Positions 9,589 to 16,815 of a DNA stretch of 36,362 bases are shown one piece after another. A model generated the notes under the pieces. The model was not told the DNA's origin. It searched no databases and was given only the letters and a program-made list of their open reading frames with translations. Made by a program: the position numbers and the translations under genes. The DNA lies in the IMG/VR virus record IMGVR_UViG_3300037467_002711, positions 1-36,362 of that record. One strand, written 5' to 3'. Source of the DNA: a virus (taxonomy: Duplodnaviria; Caudoviricetes). The first letter of the stretch is position 1. Each line of letters opens with the position of its first letter.

Positions 9589-10595
9589 AAATCAATACAT
9601 TTTTCGAGTTTACGTTTAAACCATTTACTAATCTCCATCGGTGGAGTCTTAGTTACAACGGCCCTGGTTTTATTAATCCAGTAATTTAGCTTCTTTTGTT
9701 CGATTACCAACTTAAAATCATCCGGTACACCCTGTACCCGGGCTAATTGACGGGGTGTAAGCATTAACCCATTGTGGTCAAATTGCCTGTTAGCTTTCCT
9801 AGCAGTGGCAGGGTAATCTCGTTTGTTATTCCTATACACCCCGGGTGCACGGTTAAATTTACGGTCAGTAACCTCCCAGCGTTTCTTACCTTTTAGCACA
9901 GTTTGCCAGTACTCTGTAATTTCACAATTGCGCATCTTCTTACCGGCATAAATGGTGATAACCTCCATTGGGTTTTCCCTTACATGGCCTATTTCTAATC
10001 CCCATAAATTATCTTCGCCCTGATCTAAATCCCCATATAGCTCAAAACAGGTTTTATTTTTATGCCTTAAATCCGGTAATTTGAAGTATTTGTCTATTTT
10101 TTCCGGTAAATCCTTTCTAATACCCACTATAATGAGCCTTTTACGATAAATTTGGGAATTACCCCACATTTTAACCGATGCCGAATGCTTAATCAGTCGG
10201 TAATCAGCTAATAACTCATCAAAATCAGCCTCGGGGAAGGATTTAAACAGGCCATCTAAGTTCTCGAACAGTATAAATTTGGGCTTATACATGTCTACCC
10301 CGGTAAAAAACATGGCCAAGGACTTATTTTCCTTGTGATCACCATACTTCTTAGCTCTTGACATCCTTAGTATAGACCCACTACCACAGTCGGGGGATGA
10401 AACCAACAGGTCTATGTTGTCACCAATGTTCATTAAGGCCTTAAATAAGGGGGTTTCCCCGAAATTTGCCCTCCACTGAACATCTTTAGGAGTATGAAAG
10501 ATAGGTCTACACTCAATATTGGCAATTACATGTTCTTTAAAGGGATATAAACTAACCCCCATGCCACTATTAACTCCCAAGACGTTGTAGGTCAT
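9579..10595 (-). CDS. C5-cytosine DNA methyltransferase-like protein
   Basis: Motif IV SSPDCG, VI FENL, VIII QIYRKRLIIVG, IX LTPRQLARVQGVPDDF; motif I is divergent (VNSGMG). Confidence 0.8.
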   Translation of the reverse strand: MTYNVLGVNSGMGVSLYPFKEHVIANIECRPIFHTPKDVQWRANFGETPLFKALMNIGDNIDLLVSSPDCGSGSILRMSRAKKYGDHKENKSLAMFFTGVDMYKPKFILFENLDGLFKSFPEADFDELLADYRLIKHSASVKMWGNSQIYRKRLIIVGIRKDLPEKIDKYFKLPDLRHKNKTCFELYGDLDQGEDNLWGLEIGHVRENPMEVITIYAGKKMRNCEITEYWQTVLKGKKRWEVTDRKFNRAPGVYRNNKRDYPATARKANRQFDHNGLMLTPRQLARVQGVPDDFKLVIEQKKLNYWINKTRAVVTKTPPMEISKWFKRKLEKCIDLWQ

Positions 10596-10638
10596 GAAAC
10601 TTGTTTATGTATGTACTATTGGTATTGCATATAACCCC

Positions 10639-11100
10639 ATGAGTATGAGTTACAAACTGAACAAGAAGGAAAAAGAAACCCTAAAAAAATTCGCTGATAA
10701 GCTGCCTGTTTTTCTCAGGGTAGACTTTTCTGGAGAGAAGCCCACTCTTATGGAGTGCAGGGTTCAAACGATTGGGGCTGAGTTTATTAAAATGGGTATT
10801 ACTGAGTTCAAATACCAAACAAATATTAAGGGGCCCGGTAGAAATAACATTGTAAAGGTTACTAAGACCGAAGTAATTGACCCTAAAAAATACTATTGGC
10901 AAAACTCATTTATACAAAGTGACCCCTACAAATTCCTTGAAGATAAAATTAAGAAATACGGCCCGGATATTTTAAATAAAGCCCACGAGGAATACCTAAA
11001 AGAGAATGAGGTATCTATTAAATTGCAAATAACATTGGCACATGCTCAACTCCCTAAATCAAGTAATGCCGAATCTAAGGTTGAAGTACAACCTGAATAA
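10639..11100 (+). CDS. Hypothetical protein
   Basis: Start moved to ATG 10639 (or 10645), downstream of a TACTATT box at about 10614. Confidence 0.65.
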   Translation: MSMSYKLNKKEKETLKKFADKLPVFLRVDFSGEKPTLMECRVQTIGAEFIKMGITEFKYQTNIKGPGRNNIVKVTKTEVIDPKKYYWQNSFIQSDPYKFLEDKIKKYGPDILNKAHEEYLKENEVSIKLQITLAHAQLPKSSNAESKVEVQPE

Positions 11101-11329
11101 GGGGTATAAGCTATGTGTTGATGTTACTACTCCACAAAATAAGTTAATAGGCCAAATCATTTATTTTACTGAACCCGCTATTTTTAACAAAGTGTCATTT
11201 TACTACCTTGCTTACTTTATGCCCGAGCATGCCTGCCTTTGGGTACAGGCTCCTTTAGATGGAGTTGGGTATTTAGAGAGTTGCTATTCCCTTTATCAAA
11301 CCAGGCTGCTGGAAGACCAGACCAAATGA
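11066..11329 (+). CDS. Hypothetical protein
   Basis: ORF within the plus-strand run; start uncertain. Confidence 0.5.
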   Translation: MPNLRLKYNLNKGYKLCVDVTTPQNKLIGQIIYFTEPAIFNKVSFYYLAYFMPEHACLWVQAPLDGVGYLESCYSLYQTRLLEDQTK

Positions 11330-11352
11330 CCCATATATTTAAACCCAAAGTT

Positions 11353-11619
11353 ATGAAAAAGTTTTTAGTCTTTTTATTTTTAGCAGCTTTATGCTTTGCT
11401 CTTCCTGCATTAGCTCAAGACACTACCGCTGTAGTTGAGCCCACAACTACAGTAATTATTCCTGGTTGGGTAACTACCCTGCTGGCTTGCTTAGTAGCGG
11501 TTTATGAGTTGGTGATTGGTTATTACCCTACAGTAGGTAATTACTCCCTTATTGACTTTATAATCAAAGTTATTAGGCTGATAGTTCCTAACCGCAAGGC
11601 GGGAGGGGGAACCCATTAA
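11353..11619 (+). CDS. Small membrane protein with signal peptide (holin/antiholin-like candidate)
   Basis: MKKFLVFLFLAALCFALPALA|QD, then a transmembrane segment, an amphipathic helix and a basic tail. Confidence 0.6.
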   Translation: MKKFLVFLFLAALCFALPALAQDTTAVVEPTTTVIIPGWVTTLLACLVAVYELVIGYYPTVGNYSLIDFIIKVIRLIVPNRKAGGGTH

Positions 11620-11660
11620 CTAATTACCCCGTCAAAGTGTGGTTTACGGGGTGATGGGCA

Positions 11661-11688
11661 GAACCCGGGATTATTCCCGGGTTTTTTA
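11661..11688 (+). terminator. Intrinsic terminator
   Basis: AACCCGGGA-ttat-TCCCGGGTT followed by TTTT. Confidence 0.85.
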
Positions 11689-11698
11689 GTGTACACAC

Positions 11699-11765
11699 TA
11701 AGAAGCCCCACCGGAAGAAGTGGGGCCCCAAAGTTTACCAAAGCAGATAAAGACCAATTATAGTA
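11699..11765 (-). ncRNA. Candidate small RNA unit (TACTAT box + about 33 nt + hairpin)
   Basis: Minus strand TACTATAATT...GCCCCAC-ttcttccg-GTGGGGC-TTCTT, with no ORF. Confidence 0.4.
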
Positions 11766-11807
11766 ATAATGGTATTGATTACTAACACCTTACTGCTATT
11801 TAAGTAT

Positions 11808-12008
11808 ATGACAGACAACAACCATATAGCTCAATGGGCATTAATTATAGCTTCGCTAGTAGTCTTTATAATGGACTACGTGAGAAAATATATTAACTAC
11901 TCCAGCTGTGAACTTAGCGACATTTATGTTGCCCCGAATGGAGTATTGGTTGGACCATCTGAATGGGATTTCGATGATGATGAAGTAGACCAAAACCAAC
12001 GTTTATGA
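11808..12008 (+). CDS. Small membrane protein
   Basis: ATG 11808 follows a TGCTATT box; one transmembrane helix and an acidic tail. Confidence 0.6.
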   Translation: MTDNNHIAQWALIIASLVVFIMDYVRKYINYSSCELSDIYVAPNGVLVGPSEWDFDDDEVDQNQRL

Positions 12009-12598
12009 ATAAGCAACCTACGCCCCGACACAAATGGATTACCCTTAGAGAAGAGGGGATGTATACCTACCAACAATGCCTTAAATGTGGAGCTCAATCC
12101 GAAATACTTACTAGGTTCTTAAAGGACACTAATTCCTCTAATAAGAGGACCTATTCCCGGGGAGAAAGAATCTGTCCTAAGTTTGGGCAAACAGTACAAC
12201 AACGAACTACACCTATCGCTATAATGGACCATAGGCCTGGAGTTGAGGACATGGTATTACCAACACCCAAACCAGCCGTTGACCCACTGGATTTAATAAA
12301 TAAGAGGCCTGCTCGGGAGGGAGAGTTCTTACCACCCCCTAAACCCTTTGAAGAGTTGGTTAAGGGGGCGGAAAGGTTAGAAAACACCTGGAAGGCTATC
12401 AAAAAGGAATCACCCTTAACTAACCATCAGCAACTCACTGATGTTGAGGCCCGGTTGAAGGAGTGTATGGTAATGTTAAACTTAGCCTTTGAGGATTTGG
12501 TTTCACACAACATACGCAGCCACTCAAGAAGGGTAATAGGTAGGTTTTTATACTCCGCAGGTTATGAAGAAATCGTAAAAAAGTTAGATAATGAATAA
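12005..12598 (+). CDS. Hypothetical protein with a possible N-terminal Zn ribbon
   Basis: HKW...CLKCG...C; Pro-rich linker; ATGA overlap with the upstream gene. Confidence 0.65.
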   Translation: MNKQPTPRHKWITLREEGMYTYQQCLKCGAQSEILTRFLKDTNSSNKRTYSRGERICPKFGQTVQQRTTPIAIMDHRPGVEDMVLPTPKPAVDPLDLINKRPAREGEFLPPPKPFEELVKGAERLENTWKAIKKESPLTNHQQLTDVEARLKECMVMLNLAFEDLVSHNIRSHSRRVIGRFLYSAGYEEIVKKLDNE

Positions 12599-12830
12599 AG
12601 AAAAGGACCTAATAAACTTTGCCCTTGTGGCATTGGTATTAGATTTATTGACTCTTACCGTCCTGGTTATTGACCTTTGTGGTGGGGGAGTGGATAAAAG
12701 ATGGTTTTATGGGCTTTTAGTAATGCACTCCATAAGCGAAAGACAATTGCACTCCTTTGTAGCAAAGTATAGGGACGAAGTTAAAGAACTAAAAAACAAA
12801 CTATATGACTCTACTACACATACCCGTTGA
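12591..12830 (+). CDS. Small membrane protein
   Basis: Hydrophobic N-terminal half; overlaps both neighbouring genes. Confidence 0.55.
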   Translation: MNKEKDLINFALVALVLDLLTLTVLVIDLCGGGVDKRWFYGLLVMHSISERQLHSFVAKYRDEVKELKNKLYDSTTHTR

Positions 12831-13173
12831 GCTTTGTACTGCTGCCATTTTCATCTTCGTATTAGCAGCTTCGTACTTCATAATTAATGCGGGTAAACCC
12901 GAAGAGGACAAATCTAAAGAACCACATCCCGTCTATATGGGTATCAAAGGGAGCCTGGGCCATTTGGAGGAAGAGCTTAATTGGTTTATATTGGCTGGGA
13001 GTATTACCTCTTATTTAATAATACCCGAAGATGGCAATAGGGTCCACATTCAAATAACCTATTGGGATAGGGTTGAAAGGGGGAATGTTGCAAAGGAACT
13101 ACAGGAGTATTTAGACGCCCATGTAAAACCATTGGGTGTAGTATTTGACTACTTATTTGTACCTATAAAATAA
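12805..13173 (+). CDS. Membrane-anchored hypothetical protein
   Basis: N-terminal transmembrane helix. Confidence 0.6.
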   Translation: MTLLHIPVELCTAAIFIFVLAASYFIINAGKPEEDKSKEPHPVYMGIKGSLGHLEEELNWFILAGSITSYLIIPEDGNRVHIQITYWDRVERGNVAKELQEYLDAHVKPLGVVFDYLFVPIK

Positions 13174-13179
13174 TAAAGC

Positions 13180-13626
13180 ATGAAAGAATATGTATTGATT
13201 TTTGCCTTTAGTCATAATAGGGAAAGGGTATTACTTATCCATAAACAAAAGCCCCTTTGGCAAAGGGCTAGATTTAATGGGGTAGGAGGCAAATTAGAAA
13301 AAAAGGATTTTGAGCAGGGTTTATTTTGTACACCCCATCAATTTGCTTGCAGTAGGGAATTTTTAGAGGAGACGGGGATAGGCATCAACCCCGGGGATTT
13401 TGAGTACTTTGCAACCATACACAATAGGGATGGTTCTAGAGTATTGGTTTTTAGGGTATTTGATACCTATATTGAGCACGCTAAAACAACCACCGACGAA
13501 GAGGTTAAAACCTTTCACGTATATGAGGTATTAACCCGGCAGTTGCCCCTAATAGAGAACCTACCTTGGTTAATTGCATTAGCCCTGGATCCCGACAAGC
13601 CAATAGCTACTGTATCATATAAGTAA
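13180..13626 (+). CDS. NUDIX hydrolase
   Basis: FNGVGGKLE...REFLEETGI Nudix box with a short insertion. Confidence 0.9.
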   Translation: MKEYVLIFAFSHNRERVLLIHKQKPLWQRARFNGVGGKLEKKDFEQGLFCTPHQFACSREFLEETGIGINPGDFEYFATIHNRDGSRVLVFRVFDTYIEHAKTTTDEEVKTFHVYEVLTRQLPLIENLPWLIALALDPDKPIATVSYK

Positions 13627-13627
13627 A

Positions 13628-13736
13628 TACTATTTTTATATGCGACGTAGATTGGTCATTGATATTCCTGAAGGACCAACTCGGATAATTTTCATAAGGT
13701 AGCCGGCCCCTGTTTTCACGGGGGCCTCTTTTATTT
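13628..13736 (+). ncRNA. Candidate small RNA unit A
   Basis: TACTATT box, about 70 nt of unique sequence, hairpin GGCCCC-tgttttcacg-GGGGCC, then TCTTTTATTT. Confidence 0.55.
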
Positions 13737-13757
13737 AGTAACCACAAACCTAACTAT

Positions 13758-13988
13758 ATGTCAACACAACCTTTTAGCTTCGACAAATTCCTTTACGAGT
13801 TTATGGAGAACCTACGCAGTAGGGACCTAATCATTGATTGGGTATTTAAAATCATTGATGGTAAATTAACCCTACAGGTTGAGATGTATAAGTTCGTAGA
13901 GGATAACCAAAATGCCCTTACCAAACTTAAGATTACCAGGGCCTGTAAGCAATATGCCCCAAGGACCGTGACAATCCACTACAAGTAA
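13758..13988 (+). CDS. Hypothetical protein lying between sRNA units A and B
   Basis: 76 aa ORF with an AT-rich leader. Confidence 0.65.
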   Translation: MSTQPFSFDKFLYEFMENLRSRDLIIDWVFKIIDGKLTLQVEMYKFVEDNQNALTKLKITRACKQYAPRTVTIHYK

Positions 13989-13992
13989 AGGG

Positions 13993-14066
13993 TACTATTA
14001 CTATATGTACGGATATTTTCATAGGATACGGAAAAACACAAACCCTGGTTTCTACCGGGGTTTCTT
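13993..14066 (+). ncRNA. Candidate small RNA unit B
   Basis: TACTATT box; hairpin AAACCCTGG-TTTCTA-CCGGGGTTT followed by CTT. Confidence 0.65.
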
Positions 14067-14081
14067 ACTGTAAAAAGTAGG

Positions 14082-14153
14082 TACTATTATTATATGGGCT
14101 GCCAAGCCCGGTTTGCATAAACTTCCCCCGGGTTTTCTAGCCTGGGGTTTTTT
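14082..14153 (+). ncRNA. Candidate small RNA unit C
   Basis: TACTATT box; 5' mini-stem GGGCT-gcca-AGCCC; hairpin CCCCGGGT-TTTCTA-GCCTGGGG followed by TTTTTT. Confidence 0.65.
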
Positions 14154-14167
14154 ATGCAATCATTGGG

Positions 14168-14242
14168 TACTATTATCATATATAATTCACATAAGCAGTT
14201 AGTTTTGGTTGCGACCCCTATTTCTATAGGGGTTTACCTTTT
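14168..14242 (+). ncRNA. Candidate small RNA unit D
   Basis: TACTATT box; hairpin ACCCCTA-TTTCTA-TAGGGGT followed by TTACCTTTT. Confidence 0.65.
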
Positions 14243-14260
14243 GTTACTAGTTCCCTTATA

Positions 14261-14337
14261 TACTATTATTAAGAGGTAATCACTTTCTATAACCGGATCT
14301 TTTTTTGCACGGCCTCTATTTCTATAGGGGCCTTTCT
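14261..14337 (+). ncRNA. Candidate small RNA unit E
   Basis: TACTATT box; hairpin GGCCTCTA-TTTCTA-TAGGGGCC followed by TTTCT. Confidence 0.65.
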
Positions 14338-14358
14338 ATGTATACTACCCAACCCATA

Positions 14359-14365
14359 TACTATT
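14359..14365 (+). promoter_or_regulatory. TACTATT-class promoter box for the gene at 14383
   Basis: Same heptamer that heads the sRNA units, 24 nt before the ATG. Confidence 0.55.
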
Positions 14366-14382
14366 TTATATAAATACCTTTT

Positions 14383-14622
14383 ATGAAATTAGGTCAAAGA
14401 GCAAAAGACAAAATCACAGGCCTTGAAGGCTTTTTAATTGGCAAGGCATCCTATATTACTGGATGCGACCAATACCTTATCCAACCCGAACTAAAGGATG
14501 GCAACCACCGAGAGGGTAGATGGATCGATGAGGGTAGAATAGAGATCCTGGGAGAAGGCATAAGCCTTGAAGATGTAGCATCCGATTCCCCTGGTTGTGA
14601 TATTCCTGCACCTATTAAGTAA
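14383..14622 (+). CDS. Small conserved phage protein (SH3/KOW-like)
   Basis: LGQRAKDKITGLEG...YITGCDQYLIQP...WIDEGRI, a pattern familiar from phage hypothetical proteins. Confidence 0.75.
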   Translation: MKLGQRAKDKITGLEGFLIGKASYITGCDQYLIQPELKDGNHREGRWIDEGRIEILGEGISLEDVASDSPGCDIPAPIK

Positions 14623-14643
14623 CCTTTAATACCCCTTATAGTT

Positions 14644-15117
14644 ATGAATGACAAGTACAAAAAAAGTAAACCCTTTGAGGCCCTGCCTGAGTTGCCCGAG
14701 CAGGATTTAACGGCCCATGAGTACCACCATGAAGAGGTAACCTCAATCCCTGATACCCATAATCCCAATGCCTATACCGATAAGGTAGTGGAGCCCACTA
14801 AGGTACCCAAAACCATAACCATCAAAGAGAATAGTATACCTTCTTTCTTTGGGGAGTTTTTGGTGACTGGGGGTACTCCGGAGTATTATAAGAATCAGGC
14901 ACCTTTAAGGGCAAATGATCTGGGTGATACCTTGACTCTCAAAAAGAGTTCTGGGTTAGAGGATGGGGATCTCCTTAAGGTCCAGGCGCATGGGTATACT
15001 GACGCTTGGAGATACCCAATGACCATGATAAGAACCTATAAAGTGAGTAGTTATGACGACCATTGTGTTAGGGCAATGAGTTGGGATTTTGAGATGATGC
15101 AAGGGCATTTGAGCTAA
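14644..15117 (+). CDS. Hypothetical protein
   Basis: 157 aa ORF followed by a terminator. Confidence 0.7.
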   Translation: MNDKYKKSKPFEALPELPEQDLTAHEYHHEEVTSIPDTHNPNAYTDKVVEPTKVPKTITIKENSIPSFFGEFLVTGGTPEYYKNQAPLRANDLGDTLTLKKSSGLEDGDLLKVQAHGYTDAWRYPMTMIRTYKVSSYDDHCVRAMSWDFEMMQGHLS

Positions 15118-15123
15118 CTAATG

Positions 15124-15149
15124 ATCCTGGGGCCTTCCCAGGATTTTTT
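15124..15149 (+). terminator. Intrinsic terminator ending the plus-strand block
   Basis: ATCCTGGG-gcctt-CCCAGGAT followed by TTTTT. Confidence 0.85.
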
Positions 15150-15191
15150 GTGTGTGGGCATATGGCATGAGGCAATGGGCAATTGGGCAAC

Positions 15192-15269
15192 CGACTAACC
15201 ATACGTATGGGGTGGTACCGATGCAGTGGGTTTAGGGCGACTAACTATATAGGCCCCTGGTACCGATGC
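15192..15269. repeat. Two-copy imperfect direct repeat CGACTAACyATA...TGGTACCGATGC
   Basis: Copies at 15192-15224 and 15238-15269. Confidence 0.75.
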
Positions 15270-15296
15270 GAGAGGGATTCGAGATGATGAATGACA

Positions 15297-15335
15297 TTAA
15301 AAAACGTATAAGAAATGGGGGATAACTTATACGTT
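15297..15335 (-). terminator. Terminator of the AT-rich operon
   Basis: AACGTATAAG...CTTATACGTT stem followed by a T run on the minus strand. Confidence 0.65.
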
Positions 15336-15347
15336 AAATTATTTAAT

Positions 15348-15569
15348 TTACAAAATATTCTTTTGTTTCTTTTGTTTCTTCTTATATCTAATCCAATAAA
15401 TATTAGTCTTTGTGATATAAACAAAAAAATCTTTTGCGCTCTCTACATCTTTTATTTTCTTTTTTATTTCTCTACGTGCAATTGAATTAATTAATCTTTG
15501 TTCTTTCAATTCTTCACCTAAGATAGATGTTTGTTTGTGGGGGATAATAGGAATTAAATTAGATTTCAT
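15348..15569 (-). CDS. Small basic protein
   Basis: 73 aa and Lys-rich; TAATG coupling with the upstream ORF. Confidence 0.65.
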   Translation of the reverse strand: MKSNLIPIIPHKQTSILGEELKEQRLINSIARREIKKKIKDVESAKDFFVYITKTNIYWIRYKKKQKKQKNIL

Positions 15570-15643
15570 TATTTTAATTTTTTAGGTAATACGCTATAAA
15601 TACAAAGTGATAAGAATAAAATAACACCTATAAACTCTTGCAT
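15569..15643 (-). CDS. 24 aa membrane peptide
   Basis: Hand translation MQEFIGVILFLSLCIYSVLPKKLK; tightly packed between neighbours. Confidence 0.5.
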   Translation of the reverse strand: MQEFIGVILFLSLCIYSVLPKKLK

Positions 15644-15647
15644 ACTA

Positions 15648-15770
15648 TTAATGTTTTGTAGGTGAAACGATTTCAGAAATAATCGCAAAGACTACAATAA
15701 ACATAAATATTACAAAGAATAACATCACATCGTTAAATGAATCTAATAAAGCGTTTATAATTGTTTGCAT
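15648..15770 (-). CDS. 40 aa membrane peptide
   Basis: Hand translation MQTIINALLDSFNDVMLFFVIFMFIVVFAIISEIVSPTKH; leader resembles that of the gene at 16301. Confidence 0.55.
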   Translation of the reverse strand: MQTIINALLDSFNDVMLFFVIFMFIVVFAIISEIVSPTKH

Positions 15771-15827
15771 AAAATTTATTTTGATTGTTTAAAAATTAGT
15801 TTAAAAAAGGATATTGGATTTTTTATT

Positions 15828-16301
15828 TTACTTAGCGTTTCTAATCTCGTTTAATATCTCTAAAAACAATTTTAAATCCGCTTCTTTGCTTTCGTCTTTA
15901 GACTGTGAAAGTGAAGCAAAAGAATAATCGTTTAAACGATAAAACGTTTTGTAATACACCTCAAAATCTGCAATTTCTTTATGTAAATTATCAAGATATT
16001 TTTCGGGATATTTTGCATAAAGTAAAACGTTATTTACAAATCGTTTTAACTGATTTCTACGTGCAGACCTAAATTGCTTTCCTTCTTTTTCATTTATCAT
16101 CTTAGGCGTGAAGTTTTCAGGATAAATGTAAATTGTTTGCTTCTTTGCAATTTCTTTAATCTCTACATTTTTTAACTTATCTGCAAATTTTGCAAGATTT
16201 AAAGTTGTAACGTTTGCAACAACTGTTTCCTTTTTTACAGATGCACCTTTTTTAGATGAGGTAGATTTGTTTGCACCTTTGTTTGAATTTTTCGTTTGCA
16301 T
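15828..16301 (-). CDS. Basic protein, YxYP-motif family member 1
   Basis: IYIYPE...EGKQFRSARRNQLKRF. Confidence 0.75.
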   Translation of the reverse strand: MQTKNSNKGANKSTSSKKGASVKKETVVANVTTLNLAKFADKLKNVEIKEIAKKQTIYIYPENFTPKMINEKEGKQFRSARRNQLKRFVNNVLLYAKYPEKYLDNLHKEIADFEVYYKTFYRLNDYSFASLSQSKDESKEADLKLFLEILNEIRNAK

Positions 16302-16386
16302 AAAATTTAAATTAAAATTGATTAAAAAATTTTGATAGAAAATAAAAAAATCGTATTCCCTTAGACTTTTTTATTTTCATTCCCTC

Positions 16387-16434
16387 TTTCAAAGAACTAA
16401 CGTAAAATTAATTCTATTTTTTAGATTGTGCAAA
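16387..16434 (-). promoter_or_regulatory. Host sigma-type promoter followed by a boxA-like element
   Basis: Minus strand TTTG-N20-TAATTTTA (one mismatch to TAnnTTTG), then AGTTCTTTGAAA. Confidence 0.55.
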
Positions 16435-16529
16435 TATTTTTTAAAAAATTTTATAAAATAATTTTTTATTTTCTTTCTTCTTTTTTTAAATATTTTTTTG
16501 TATATGCAAAATATTTTCTTATTTATCTG

Positions 16530-16610
16530 CAATCCTCAAATTCTCCAATCCCATTTCCCATCCTCATCCCAATGCCCAATCCCATTTTCCCTACCAATAT
16601 GCCCATGCCA
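16530..16610. repeat. Low-complexity CCCAT/CCCAAT/ATGCCC tract
   Basis: Multiple short units; GGGCA-type reverse-complement units at 15156-15190 and a similar tract at 17640-17760. Confidence 0.6.
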
Positions 16611-16712
16611 GGATCGCCACCCTGGGGTAGGCCCCATTCGGCCTACCCAATCTTCGGATGAGGCCCAACTCCGCTGTGGGGGATGGGTTGGCCACAGAAG
16701 GCCCATGCCCGG

Positions 16713-16736
16713 TGTAGCGTAATAGGCTCAGTGTTA
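16713..16736. repeat. TGTAGCGT-N5-GCTCAGTGTTA repeat, copy 1
   Basis: Second copy at 17793-17816. Confidence 0.7.
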
Positions 16737-16745
16737 TTACACACA

Positions 16746-16773
16746 AATAAACCCGGGCAGGAATACCCGGGTT
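16746..16773 (-). terminator. Intrinsic terminator
   Basis: AACCCGGG...CCCGGGTT stem followed by TATTT on the minus strand. Confidence 0.65.
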
Positions 16774-16815
16774 GCAGGCTATTAACTCTCAATTAATCCC
16801 CGCTTTTATGCAAAA

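Noticed and set aside
13993-14337. CRISPR mini-array, since spacing is regular and TTTCTA(C) recalls Cas12a repeats
   Set aside because: There are no identical 25-40 nt repeats, the stems differ in sequence, each unit has its own promoter-like box and T tail, and no cas gene is in the window.
13628-14337. tRNA cluster
   Set aside because: Unit sizes are similar to tRNAs, but I found no cloverleaf, no GTTCRA T-loop and no acceptor stem.
16428-16722. Plus-strand ORFs 16428-16661 and 16498-16722
   Set aside because: They are translations of the AT-rich promoter region and the CCCAT low-complexity tract.
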